DNA from: Actinomycetota bacterium
Lineage (GTDB): Bacteria > Actinomycetota > Actinomycetes > Nanopelagicales > Nanopelagicaceae
Direction: 5' to 3'
Length of the DNA: 40,006 bases
Assembly: GCA_039805445.1 (NCBI GenBank)
Contig: JBDLUF010000001.1
Location: forward strand, 1 to 40,006
Part shown: piece after piece, positions 20,814 to 30,594 of the stretch
Layout: every line of letters begins with the position of its first letter
Numbering within the stretch: position 1 is the stretch's first letter
The notes under the pieces: generated by a model
The model's database searches: none
Seen by the model: the letters and a program-made list of their open reading frames with translations, nothing else
Told to the model about the DNA's origin: nothing
Translations under genes and position numbers: made by a program

Positions 20814-21794
20814 TTAGGAGTGACCATCAAAGAGGCTGGTAACCGATCCATCTTCAAAGACCTCGCGGATTGCACGGCCAAGAAGTGGAGCGATTGAAAG
20901 CACAGTTAGATTGTCGAACTTTTGATCCTCAGTAATTGGCAAGGTATTAGTAATTACAACCTCTGATGCACGGCTGTTCTTTAAACGATCAACCGCTGGA
21001 CCGCTAAATACCGCGTGGGTTGCAGCGATGATTACATCTGCAGCACCTGCATCAAACAAAGCATCTACAGCCTTAGTAATAGTGCCTGCGGTATCGATCA
21101 TGTCATCGATAACTACACATGTTTGCCCAACAACATCACCAACAACACGGCCGGTGATTGATTCATTGGGAATACGTGGATCACGAGTCTTGTGAATGAA
21201 GGCGATTGGGCAACCACCCAATAGATCTGACCAACGCTCAGCAACACGTACGCGACCAGAGTCTGGTGAAACGATTGTTAAACGTGTGCGATCTACCTTG
21301 CTGCCAACGTAATTAGCAAGCATTGGAAGTGCAAAGAGATGATCTACGGGACCATCAAAGAAACCTTGAATTTGTGAGGTGTGAAGATCAACAGCCATCA
21401 AGCGATCTGCACCAGCTGTTTTGAATAGATCTGCCATCAAACGTGCGGTGATTGGCTCGCGACCACGGCTCTTCTTGTCTTGACGTGCGTAACCATAGAA
21501 AGGTGTAACAACTGTGATGCGCTTTGCTGACGCGCGCTTCAAAGCATCAACCATGATCAACTGTTCCATGATCTGCTTATTAACCGGGGTTGTATGGCTT
21601 TGAATTACGAAGGCATCGCAACCACGAACTGATTCTTCAAAGCGAACAAAGATTTCGCCATTAGCAAAGTCGTATGCAGATGTTGGAGTTAGGGGAATGC
21701 CGAGTTCTGTTGCGACCTCTTCAGCTAGCTCAGGAAATCCGCGGCCTGCAAATAGGCGCAATCTCTTTTCAGAAGATAAACGGATCTCGCTCAT
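20814..21794 (-). CDS. prs: Ribose-phosphate pyrophosphokinase
   Basis: FANGEIFVR, YARQDKK, VSPDSG, DDMIDTAGT. Confidence 0.98.
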   Translation of the reverse strand: MSEIRLSSEKRLRLFAGRGFPELAEEVATELGIPLTPTSAYDFANGEIFVRFEESVRGCDAFVIQSHTTPVNKQIMEQLIMVDALKRASAKRITVVTPFYGYARQDKKSRGREPITARLMADLFKTAGADRLMAVDLHTSQIQGFFDGPVDHLFALPMLANYVGSKVDRTRLTIVSPDSGRVRVAERWSDLLGGCPIAFIHKTRDPRIPNESITGRVVGDVVGQTCVVIDDMIDTAGTITKAVDALFDAGAADVIIAATHAVFSGPAVDRLKNSRASEVVITNTLPITEDQKFDNLTVLSIAPLLGRAIREVFEDGSVTSLFDGHS

Positions 21795-21797
21795 GTT

Positions 21798-23207
21798 TTA
21801 GCCCTTCTTTTCTGCCGCGATTGCTGACTTGCTGCCCGCGCGCTTACGCAGGACCCAACCTATTACATTTCTCTGCTTTGCTCGGCCAACACCAATCGCG
21901 CCTGCCGGAACATCTTCAGTAATTACCGATCCAGCAGCTGTATATGCGCCATCTCCGATAGTTACAGGGGCTACGAGCATTGTGTCGCTACCGATGCGCA
22001 CCTGATCACCCACTGTTGTGTGGTGCTTTTCAACACCATCGTAATTAACAAAGATTGTTGCAGCGCCAATATTGCTGCCTTCTCCGATAGTTGCATCACC
22101 AACATATGACAGATGTGGAACCTTTGAACCCGTTCCAACCGTTGCATTCTTCATCTCAACAAATGCTCCAGCCTTTGTTGCATCACCTAATTGAGTTCCA
22201 GCACGCAAATATGTAAATGGACCAACGGTTGCGCCTTCTCCGATAACGGTCTGGGTTGCAATCGATTCCAGGACTGATGCGCCTTCTTTAACGAGGCAAT
22301 CGGTCAAGGTTGTTCGTGGCCCAATAACAGCGCCAGTTGCCACCTTTGTTGAACCAAAGAGCGCAGTACCTGGGTGAATCGTTACATCATTTGATAATTC
22401 CACTGTTGCATCAATCCAGGTTGTTGTTGGGTCAATTATTGTTACGCCTGCACGCATCCACTGATCATTGATGCGATCACGAAGCATCGCTGCACTTTCT
22501 GCCAACTGAACCCGGTCATTGACTCCAAGGGTTTCAGTGAAATCATCGATCATGATTGCGGCTACTGATTCGCCAGCAGATTTCAAAATTCCAATTACAT
22601 CGGTTAGATACAGCTCGCCTTGGGCGTTTGCAGTTGTTAGCTTGCCGATTGAGGCTGCAAGCTTTTCGCCATCAAATGCGTACACACCACTGTTAATTTC
22701 AAAGATGAACTTTTCATCATCTGTGGCATCTTTTTCTTCAACGATACGAAGTAGCTCATCGCTGTCATCGCGAATGATTCGGCCATAGCCAGTTGGCTCT
22801 GGGTGTTCTGCTGTTAAAACCGATGCTGCAAAGTTGCCTGCCGCATGTGCTTTCACAAACTGTGCCAATGAATCACCGGTAAGCATCGGCGTATCGCCGG
22901 CCAAAATTAAGACTGTTCCACGTGGCGCATTACCTGCGAGCGCTAACTGGGTTGCATGGCCTGTGCCATTGCGTTGTTCCTGAACAACTGTTGTTGCAGA
23001 AGGTGCGATCTGTGAAATGTGCGCTTCAACCGCTTCACGTCCAGAACCGACAACGATGCGAACCTCTGCGGGATTTAGATCTGAAACCGCGTGCAGTACA
23101 TGTCCAAGTAGAGAACGGCCTGCGACGCTGTGAAGAACCTTAGGAGTTGCCGACTTCATACGTGTGCCTTCACCAGCAGCGAGGAGGATCACGGTTTGTA
23201 CGGTCAC
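21798..23207 (-). CDS. glmU: Bifunctional UDP-GlcNAc pyrophosphorylase / glucosamine-1-phosphate N-acetyltransferase
   Basis: LAAGEGTRMKS.TPKVLH, QGELYLTD, hexapeptide repeats, HLSYVGDA; GTG start 6 nt after TAGACT. Confidence 0.98.
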   Translation of the reverse strand: MTVQTVILLAAGEGTRMKSATPKVLHSVAGRSLLGHVLHAVSDLNPAEVRIVVGSGREAVEAHISQIAPSATTVVQEQRNGTGHATQLALAGNAPRGTVLILAGDTPMLTGDSLAQFVKAHAAGNFAASVLTAEHPEPTGYGRIIRDDSDELLRIVEEKDATDDEKFIFEINSGVYAFDGEKLAASIGKLTTANAQGELYLTDVIGILKSAGESVAAIMIDDFTETLGVNDRVQLAESAAMLRDRINDQWMRAGVTIIDPTTTWIDATVELSNDVTIHPGTALFGSTKVATGAVIGPRTTLTDCLVKEGASVLESIATQTVIGEGATVGPFTYLRAGTQLGDATKAGAFVEMKNATVGTGSKVPHLSYVGDATIGEGSNIGAATIFVNYDGVEKHHTTVGDQVRIGSDTMLVAPVTIGDGAYTAAGSVITEDVPAGAIGVGRAKQRNVIGWVLRKRAGSKSAIAAEKKG

Positions 23208-23222
23208 GAGTGAAGTCTAATG

Positions 23223-23263
23223 GTCGCTCCGCCTTTTACTTCGGCTTCGCTTGTCGCTCCGCC
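23223..23263. repeat. 11-bp direct repeat duplicating the tRNA-Gln 3' end
   Basis: GTCGCTCCGCC at 23223-23233 and 23253-23263. Confidence 0.75.
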
Positions 23264-23328
23264 ACCAGGTATCGATCCTGGACCCTGGGCTTCAAAGGCC
23301 CATGTGCTAGCCACTACACAATGGCGGA
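23257..23328 (-). tRNA. tRNA-Gln(TTG), CCA not encoded
   Basis: TCCGCCA/TGGCGGA acceptor stem + G discriminator; anticodon arm TGGGC-CTTTGAA-GCCCA; T arm CCAGG-ATCGATA-CCTGG; usual position upstream of glmU. Confidence 0.93.
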
Positions 23329-23399
23329 ACGCATATTCTCCCTCATAAATGGTGGTGCTGACGACCATCGCCCAGCAAATGGCGATCAATTGCGAGGAA

Positions 23400-24314
23400 T
23401 TACGAGATTACCTTCGCTCCCGCCACAGGCCCATACGCACGTGCAACGCTGCCAACTACCCCGCTTGAGGTTAAAGCAACCGCTAAATCAAGCCCTGCCT
23501 CTTCATCTGAGACTAAAAATGCAACTGTTGGACCTGATCCTGAAACTATCGCTCCAAGAGCTCCGTACTCCTGACCTACATCTAAAACTAATTTCAGTGC
23601 AGGACGCAATGAACATGCAGCTGCCTGCAAATCATTGACCAAGGAAGCTCCTACTGCAGGGGCATCTGCTGCAAGCAATGCCTGCATCAAACCTTCATGT
23701 GTTTGTGGCTCCACAATTTCAAGCTCTGCACGTAAGCGATCACATTCGGCATAAACAGCTGGAGTTGATAAACCAACTGTCGATAATGCAAGTACCCAGT
23801 AATAAGTGCCACGAGAAAGTGCTGCTGTTAATTGATCTCCGTGTCCGCGACCAATTGCTGTTCCACCGCTGAGCATAAATGGAACATCGCTTCCCAATTG
23901 CGCCGCGATCTCAACCATCTCTTCGCGGGTCATTCCTAATGAATATAAGTAATCAATACCGACGATTGTTGCAGCTGCATCTGCGCTGCCTCCGGCCATA
24001 CCACCAGCAACCGGAATCGATTTCTTGATTTCAATGTGCGCATCAACACTTAAGTCATACTCCTTTGATATCAATGCAACAGCTTTTGCAGCCAAGTTAT
24101 TTGCATCAGCTGGAACACCATGTGTTTGATCTCCGGAAACCGTGATCGTTAATCCAGCACCGGGTTCAGCTAATTTAATTGTTACATCATCAAAGATTGA
24201 GATCGCCTGAAATACTGAAACTAAGTTGTGATACCCATCAGACTCTTTTGGACCAACAGAAAGCTGAAGGTTGACCTTTGCAGGTACGCGCACGGTCACA
24301 CTCTTTACAGGCAT
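23400..24314 (-). CDS. ispE: 4-diphosphocytidyl-2-C-methyl-D-erythritol kinase
   Basis: PAKVNL, KSIPVAGGMAGGSADAA, LGSDVPF, SGSGPT. Confidence 0.97.
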   Translation of the reverse strand: MPVKSVTVRVPAKVNLQLSVGPKESDGYHNLVSVFQAISIFDDVTIKLAEPGAGLTITVSGDQTHGVPADANNLAAKAVALISKEYDLSVDAHIEIKKSIPVAGGMAGGSADAAATIVGIDYLYSLGMTREEMVEIAAQLGSDVPFMLSGGTAIGRGHGDQLTAALSRGTYYWVLALSTVGLSTPAVYAECDRLRAELEIVEPQTHEGLMQALLAADAPAVGASLVNDLQAAACSLRPALKLVLDVGQEYGALGAIVSGSGPTVAFLVSDEEAGLDLAVALTSSGVVGSVARAYGPVAGAKVIS

Positions 24315-24335
24315 GCGGTGACCCTATAACTGCTA

Positions 24336-25178
24336 TTAGAAAATGTCAGGTGCAACGGCTGCGATCTGACAAAAAGATTTCACTTCAAGGGCTTCGCCTC
24401 GCAATGTTGGATCAATGCCAGCTTTTATCAAGATTTCTTCCGCCGCAGATGATGAGCCATACAGGCTAGAAAGGGCTGATCTGAGCATCTTTCTGCGCTG
24501 GGCAAAGGCTGCATCGATGATTGTGAAAACCTTTTCCCGCATCTCTTCGCTACCTGCGGTTTCGCGACGGGTAAAGCCAACTAACTTTGAATCAACATTA
24601 GGTGCTGGCCAAAAGATAGAACGTGAAACCGTTCCAACATTTTTAACATCGGCCCACCATGCAGCCTTCACGCTTGGAATTCCATACTCTTTGCCGCCAG
24701 GTTTAGCAGCAAGACGGTCGGCAACTTCGGCCTGAACCATAACTACGCCGCTTCGAATACTTGGGAAAATCTCTAATAGGTGAAGTAGTACCGGAACTGA
24801 AACGTTGTATGGCAGATTTGCAACCAGCACAGTTGGAGCAACCGGCAGATCGCGCAGCGCTAACGCATCCTTATTGATAACCGTCAGATTTTCTGGGTGT
24901 TCGAAGTGATCGGCAACTGTAATCGGTAGCTGCTGTGCAAGTCGTGGATCGATTTCAACGGCAATCACAGATTGTGCAGCCTCCAACATGGCAAGGGTTA
25001 ATGAGCCAAGTCCTGGACCGATTTCAAGTGCAACATCAGCTTTTGTAACACCAGCTGTTTTAACAATCTTGGTGCAGACATTTGAATCAATAACAAAGTT
25101 CTGTCCTAAAGATTTTGAAGGCTTCAGATCTAGCTGTGCGGCAAGTTCGCGGATCTGAGCCGCACCTAGCAAGGTCAT
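24336..25178 (-). CDS. rsmA: 16S rRNA m6,6A dimethyltransferase KsgA
   Basis: KSLGQNF, LEIGPGLG, VANLPYN, FWPAPNVDS, AFAQRRK. Confidence 0.97.
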   Translation of the reverse strand: MTLLGAAQIRELAAQLDLKPSKSLGQNFVIDSNVCTKIVKTAGVTKADVALEIGPGLGSLTLAMLEAAQSVIAVEIDPRLAQQLPITVADHFEHPENLTVINKDALALRDLPVAPTVLVANLPYNVSVPVLLHLLEIFPSIRSGVVMVQAEVADRLAAKPGGKEYGIPSVKAAWWADVKNVGTVSRSIFWPAPNVDSKLVGFTRRETAGSEEMREKVFTIIDAAFAQRRKMLRSALSSLYGSSSAAEEILIKAGIDPTLRGEALEVKSFCQIAAVAPDIF

Positions 25179-26035
25179 GGTGCGAAGGATCCAAAGATTC
25201 GTTCAGCGTTAACACTGAGTGCGGTGGCAAGTTCGGCAAGGTCTTGATCTCGCTCTACCGCCATCGCTCGGACAATATTTGCAATCTGTGCTGGAGTATT
25301 TCCGGCGCCGCGATGAGGCGATGGCGCTAAGAAAGGTGAGTCAGTTTCTACTAATAATTGATCAAGGGGCACAAGCTTTACCGCTTCACGAAGTTCGGGT
25401 GCATTTTTAAAGGTCAATGTGCCGGCAAAGGACAGGATGTAGCCGCGCTCGATACACAACTTAGCCATCGCTACATCTCCGGAAAAGCAATGAAAGACAG
25501 TCTTTTCTGGGGCACCAACTTCAAGCAAAACAGATAAGACATCTTCATGGGAATCACGATCATGAATAACTAACGCCTTGTTTGTCTTTTTTGCTAATTC
25601 AATGTGCCACTTAAAAGAATCCTGCTGGCGCTTTCGTAATTCAGGAGGAGTTCTAAAGTAATCAAGCCCTGTTTCGCCAATTGCACGAACCCGTGGGTGT
25701 TGGGCTAACTCTTCGATGATCTTTAAATCTGTATCTAGATCTGCAACAACCGGTGCTTCATTAGGGTGCAATGCAACCGCTGCCAGTACTGATGTGTTCC
25801 ATTTTTCTGCAGCTTGAACACACCATTTAGATTGTTCTGCTGAGTAACCAACTTGAACAATGCGATCAACATTTACAGATTTTGCTTCGGCAATTACATC
25901 TGCAACCTCTTGTGAATCAAAGGCGGCATCGGTAACGATCTCCATGTGAGCATGTGCATCAACTGTTGGAACCGGTAGCGGTTCTGGCAACGGTGCGCGA
26001 GGACGATCGATATCGCGGTTGTGGCGATCAGCCAT
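25175..26035 (-). CDS. tatD: TatD-family hydrolase/DNase
   Basis: VDAHAH, IGETGLDY, IHDRD, FHCFSG, VETDSPFLAP. Confidence 0.95.
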   Translation of the reverse strand: MADRHNRDIDRPRAPLPEPLPVPTVDAHAHMEIVTDAAFDSQEVADVIAEAKSVNVDRIVQVGYSAEQSKWCVQAAEKWNTSVLAAVALHPNEAPVVADLDTDLKIIEELAQHPRVRAIGETGLDYFRTPPELRKRQQDSFKWHIELAKKTNKALVIHDRDSHEDVLSVLLEVGAPEKTVFHCFSGDVAMAKLCIERGYILSFAGTLTFKNAPELREAVKLVPLDQLLVETDSPFLAPSPHRGAGNTPAQIANIVRAMAVERDQDLAELATALSVNAERIFGSFAP

Positions 26036-26041
26036 TGGTGT

Positions 26042-27607
26042 TTAGGCGGGGGTTTCTAGTCGTGGGAATAAGACCGGAGTCTTTGTAACTGTTGCACCTT
26101 GTGGAAGTTGTCCCCACGTTGCCACATCACTAATTTTCTGATCGCTCAAATCTCCGAGTACCGCTTGTGCACCAAGACTCTGCCACAAAATTTCACATGT
26201 CTGTGGCATTACTGGATGTAGCAAAACAGCCAGTGCGCGCAGTGATTCAGCGGTGTTGTACAAAACCTCTTCAAGGACCGCTTGGTTAGCTGGATCTTTT
26301 GCAAGTATCCAAGGCTCTTTAATAGTCACATAACCATTTACTTGCTTGCAGAAATCCATAATCGCCATGATTCCGCCCTGAAAATCCAGTGCGCACATCG
26401 CGGCATCTGCCTTTACAACAGTTTCCTTGAGCGCTGCTTCTAACCCAGCATCATGGCTAACCGCCGGAAGTGAGCCACCACAGTACTTTTCAACCATTGC
26501 TGCGCTGCGAGATGCCAGGTTTCCAAAGTCATTTGCTAGCTCTGATGTGTATCTAGCGCTCATGTCTTCCCATGAGAATGATCCATCGGTACCAAATGGA
26601 ATCGCACGTAAGAAGTAATAACGGAATGCATCTATTCCAAAGTGATCGGTGATGTCCTTAGGAGCAATGCCAGTTAACTTACTCTTACTCATCTTTTCTC
26701 CGCCGACTAGTAACCAGCCATGAGCAAAAACCTTCTTCGGAACAGCAAGACCTGCAGCCATCAACATCGCTGGCCAAATAACTGCATGGAAACGCAAAAT
26801 ATCTTTTCCGACTAGGTGAACATCGGCTGGCCAGGTTTGCGCAAACTTCTTGCCACCTTCAGAATCCGGTGCATCTGTTAAGCCAACGGCGGTTGCGTAA
26901 TTTAGTAGCGCATCAAACCAGACATACACAACTTGATCGGTATCCCAAGGAACAGGAATTCCCCAATCAAATGTTGAACGCGAGATAGAAAGATCTGAAA
27001 CGCCACCCTCTAAAAATGAGACAACCTCATTGCGCGCACTTTCAGGTTGGCAGGCATCTGGATTGTTTTTGTAATGAGCAAGCAATGGCTCAACAAATGC
27101 AGATAACTTAAAAAACCAGTTGTTTTCATTAACGAGTTCAATTGGCTTGCTATGGATCGGGCAACACTTCGCTCCATCGATCTCAATAAGATCACCTGGA
27201 AGTTTGAACTCTTCGCATCCAACGCAGTAGGGGCCTTCGTACTTACCTGCGTAAATATGTCCTGAATCTTTGAGTGATTGTAAAAACTTTTGCACACGTT
27301 CGGTGTGACGTTTTTCAGTAGTGCGAATGAAATCATCATTGGCAATATTGAGATGCTCCCAATTTGGCTTCCAAGCATCTTGAACTAGCTTGTCGACCCA
27401 GGCTTGAGGTGCAACATTGTTTGCCTCTGCGGTTCGCATCACCTTTTGGCCATGCTCATCAGTTCCAGTTAAGAACCAGACCGACTCCCCTTTTTGACGA
27501 TGCCAACGGGTCAACACATCTCCGGCAACGGTTGTGTAGGCATGCCCAATGTGTGGGGCATCGTTGACGTAATAGATCGGCGTCGTTAAGTAGAAAGACT
27601 TAGTCAC
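26042..27607 (-). CDS. metG: Methionine--tRNA ligase (short form)
   Basis: TTPIYYVN, HIGH, YVWFDAL, GKDILRFH, KMSKS. Confidence 0.98.
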   Translation of the reverse strand: MTKSFYLTTPIYYVNDAPHIGHAYTTVAGDVLTRWHRQKGESVWFLTGTDEHGQKVMRTAEANNVAPQAWVDKLVQDAWKPNWEHLNIANDDFIRTTEKRHTERVQKFLQSLKDSGHIYAGKYEGPYCVGCEEFKLPGDLIEIDGAKCCPIHSKPIELVNENNWFFKLSAFVEPLLAHYKNNPDACQPESARNEVVSFLEGGVSDLSISRSTFDWGIPVPWDTDQVVYVWFDALLNYATAVGLTDAPDSEGGKKFAQTWPADVHLVGKDILRFHAVIWPAMLMAAGLAVPKKVFAHGWLLVGGEKMSKSKLTGIAPKDITDHFGIDAFRYYFLRAIPFGTDGSFSWEDMSARYTSELANDFGNLASRSAAMVEKYCGGSLPAVSHDAGLEAALKETVVKADAAMCALDFQGGIMAIMDFCKQVNGYVTIKEPWILAKDPANQAVLEEVLYNTAESLRALAVLLHPVMPQTCEILWQSLGAQAVLGDLSDQKISDVATWGQLPQGATVTKTPVLFPRLETPA

Positions 27608-28446
27608 TGGCTCATCTTATTCGCATCGACGACCGCGGCATAAACGAGGCGCTTTGCGATGCCAAATTCATCAGCAACCGTTGCAATAGCGCCCTTTCTA
27701 TCCATTCCAGCACTCTCAAACTCACGAACTCGAGCGACCATATCTGCAGCGGTCAAAGAGGCCGAGTCAGTTACGGCGCCAGCGATAACTAATGTGATTT
27801 CACCTAGGACTTCATTATTTGTTGCCCAGGCTGACAGCTCTTTCAAATTTCCGCGGATTGTTTCTTCATACCGTTTAGTCATTTCACGACAAATTGCAGC
27901 TTGTCGATCTGGACCAAAGACATTGACGCAATCAAGTAATGAATCTACAAGACGGTGTGGTGCTTCAAAGAAAACCATTGTTCGTTCCTCAAAGCGAAGT
28001 TTTTCAAATGTAGCAAGACGTGCGCCTGCAGTTCGAGGAGGAAATCCCTCAAATGAGAAACGATCAGTTGGTAATCCAGATAATGCCACCGCCATCGTTA
28101 CTGCACTGGGTCCTGGAATTACTGAAACCTCAATACCTTCTGCAATTGCATCTCGCATCAGACGAAAACCTGGGTCGCTAATCGTTGGCATTCCTGCATC
28201 TGAAACCACTAAAACATGTGCACCGCTCTTGAGTTCAGCCAAGAGTTCCCGAGTTCGATCCTCTTCATTGCCTTCGAAGAAGGACAGGACTCGAGCTGTA
28301 AAGGTGACTTCGATGTCGGCACACAATCTATGAAAACGTCGTGAATCTTCAGCGGCGATGATCGATGCGTTTTCAATTGCACTCTTCAGGCGGGTGCTTG
28401 CATCTGCAGGGTTACCCAATGGAGTTGCGGCCAAGATGAGCGTCAT
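27604..28446 (-). CDS. rsmI: 16S rRNA C1402 2'-O-methyltransferase
   Basis: ATPLGN, AEDSR, VSDAGMPTISDPG, IPGPSA, FEAPHR, REMTK. Confidence 0.96.
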   Translation of the reverse strand: MTLILAATPLGNPADASTRLKSAIENASIIAAEDSRRFHRLCADIEVTFTARVLSFFEGNEEDRTRELLAELKSGAHVLVVSDAGMPTISDPGFRLMRDAIAEGIEVSVIPGPSAVTMAVALSGLPTDRFSFEGFPPRTAGARLATFEKLRFEERTMVFFEAPHRLVDSLLDCVNVFGPDRQAAICREMTKRYEETIRGNLKELSAWATNNEVLGEITLVIAGAVTDSASLTAADMVARVREFESAGMDRKGAIATVADEFGIAKRLVYAAVVDANKMSQ

Positions 28447-28494
28447 GGCGTAATCCTCTCAGTAATTTAGAGTAAACGCGCATACTCTTCTCCT

Positions 28495-29769
28495 ATGCCC
28501 GCAGCTATCGCACCATTACTTATTGCATTGGCCTCATTTGTACTGCGGCTTGTAAATCTTGGTTCAACCAAGGGGTACATCTTTGATGAGGTGTATTACG
28601 TGGATGGTGCCCGCGATTTATTGAAATATGGGGTGGAGGTAACTGGAAGCAACCCTGAATTCATTGTCCATCCACCAGTTGGAAAGTGGCTGATTGCGGC
28701 AGGTATTGCCATCTTTGGAGATAACGAATTTGGCTGGCGTTTTGCAACTGCGCTCATTGGAACGATTCTGATTCTGGTTTTTGCTCGCTTAGTACATGTT
28801 CTTTTCTACTCACCACTTCTTACCGGACTTGGCGCAGCACTTATGGCGTTGGATGGCCTACTGCTTGTGCATTCACGAACTGCGCTGCTGGATCTTTTTT
28901 TAACTTTCTTTGTTCTGCTCGGAGTACTGCTCTGGCATCGAGATAGGCATTGGTGGGCAGCTCTTGCATTTGGTTTAGCACTCGGCTGTAAATGGAGCGC
29001 AATCTATTTTATTGCGGTAATCGCTCTGGTCTCGCTGTATCGAATCCTGGTCAACATGGATATTCGCGATTCATTGAAATTAGTCTCAAAGAAGTTTGCT
29101 CAATACGGATTGCTGTCGATTTTTGTTTATCTCATGACATGGACCGGTTGGTTTATTTCTAATCGCGGATGGAATCGACAATCGTCAACCAATCCACTTA
29201 TCGCTTGGTTGAATTATCACCAAGAGATGCTCAACTTTCATACCGGTTTAACAGAGACTCATCCATACCAAGCAAACCCTTGGAGCTGGCTTGTCATGGG
29301 AAGACCAACCTCATTTTTCTATGACTCTCCACAAGATTGTGGAGCAAAAAACTGTGCTCGTGAAGTTTTAGCACTAGGAACACCAATCTTGTGGTGGATC
29401 GGAACAGTTGCAATCGCAGTCGTGATTGGTTTTTGGATTAAATCTTTACTCAATCGCACCATTGATTCAGCTGCTCTGATCGTTGCAATAGGTGTTATCG
29501 CCGGATATCTGCCTTGGTTTGCCATGCAAGAGCGCACCATGTTTTCCTTTTACGCAATAGTTATTGAGCCTTTTATGGTGCTAGCCATTGTTTACTGTGC
29601 AAAGTTATTGCTAGATAGTGGGCTCAGGCCTGCGGTTTCCCAATCAATTGTGGGCGGCTTATTAGCTCTGGTACTGCTGTGCTTTATCTATTTTGTGCCT
29701 TTATATACCGGTCAGACCATCACATACGATGAATGGAAGATGCGTATGTGGTTTGACTCGTGGATCTAA
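28495..29769 (+). CDS. pmt: Polyprenyl-phosphate-mannose--protein O-mannosyltransferase (PMT family)
   Basis: IFDEVYY, FIVHPPVGKWLI, FGWR, HPYQANPWSWL; multiple TM helices; divergent from rsmI. Confidence 0.9.
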   Translation: MPAAIAPLLIALASFVLRLVNLGSTKGYIFDEVYYVDGARDLLKYGVEVTGSNPEFIVHPPVGKWLIAAGIAIFGDNEFGWRFATALIGTILILVFARLVHVLFYSPLLTGLGAALMALDGLLLVHSRTALLDLFLTFFVLLGVLLWHRDRHWWAALAFGLALGCKWSAIYFIAVIALVSLYRILVNMDIRDSLKLVSKKFAQYGLLSIFVYLMTWTGWFISNRGWNRQSSTNPLIAWLNYHQEMLNFHTGLTETHPYQANPWSWLVMGRPTSFFYDSPQDCGAKNCAREVLALGTPILWWIGTVAIAVVIGFWIKSLLNRTIDSAALIVAIGVIAGYLPWFAMQERTMFSFYAIVIEPFMVLAIVYCAKLLLDSGLRPAVSQSIVGGLLALVLLCFIYFVPLYTGQTITYDEWKMRMWFDSWI

Positions 29770-30546
29770 TTATTCGTTAGCAGCGCGGGCTTGGTTAAGA
29801 CGCTCCACCGCTTCATCTGCCAACTGCTGATCAAAGATTTCATCACGTGATGGTGATGCTGCAGCTAAGGCTTCACGCTCAAGACGCTCTTGCTCTTCGC
29901 TCCATTGTCCAGGAATAGTTAGATCAATTACGCGCTTTGGAACCACGGCTTTCGGAGCATTCACATAAGTAGGCACCGGAACTTCAGTTGGCTCCCAAGC
30001 GTTGCGAACGGCAGCTGTGCCTTGAGGCAAAATAACTACACCCTTAAGTTCACGCTCTGACAAAGGAATCCAATGTTCAGTACTTGGCTTAGGTTGAATT
30101 ACTTCTGCAAGATTTGTATTTGATACTCCAGAATTTTGGCGGCTGAGTTGTTGAACACGACGCTTTTGTAGTTGTTCACCAATCACATGTCGACGAACAC
30201 TGGCGATATAAATCAATAATCCAGATGCAGGTACGAGTGCGTAAATAAATGGCATTGTGTTCATAGCTCCACCTATAACTGTTGTGACTAGCGAGAATGC
30301 AATAAGAAGAAATGTAATTCTGCGACGAAGAAGTACCTGACGGTTTTTTGCTTCTTGATCTAAATCGATATGAATCGCTCCACCATTACTAGATGAATGT
30401 GGTGATTGATTGGCAACAACTCGAAGTGCGCCCTTAAAACGTTCTACAGATTTTCCGGAGAATTCATTACGGTCATGGATCCAGCGGGGTGCGAAATATG
30501 CGACCCACATTCCAATGATCGCAATATAAATAAGTCCCGAAGTCAT
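29770..30546 (-). CDS. Divisome membrane protein of the GlpR/SepX family
   Basis: N-terminal TM (IYIAIIGMWVAYFAP), SVERF..ALRV, RRR followed by two TM helices, WEPTEVPVPTYV, C-terminal RAANE; downstream of MoeA-like and GNAT genes. Confidence 0.8.
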   Translation of the reverse strand: MTSGLIYIAIIGMWVAYFAPRWIHDRNEFSGKSVERFKGALRVVANQSPHSSSNGGAIHIDLDQEAKNRQVLLRRRITFLLIAFSLVTTVIGGAMNTMPFIYALVPASGLLIYIASVRRHVIGEQLQKRRVQQLSRQNSGVSNTNLAEVIQPKPSTEHWIPLSERELKGVVILPQGTAAVRNAWEPTEVPVPTYVNAPKAVVPKRVIDLTIPGQWSEEQERLEREALAAASPSRDEIFDQQLADEAVERLNQARAANE

Positions 30547-30594
30547 GATGGATAAATCTAAAGGAAAGGGTGATGTTTTCTGGGGATTTAGGCG

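Noticed and set aside
23147-23638. 163-aa plus-strand ORF and 61-aa minus-strand ORF (23204-23389)
   Set aside because: Both overlap tRNA-Gln, which explains the sequence.
26042-27607. MetRS lacking the C-terminal tRNA-binding appendage
   Set aside because: The short form is a normal MetRS type in actinobacteria.
27659-28333. 224-aa plus-strand ORF
   Set aside because: Fully antisense to rsmI, Ser/Arg/Ala-rich with no recognisable motif; a typical mirror-frame ORF.
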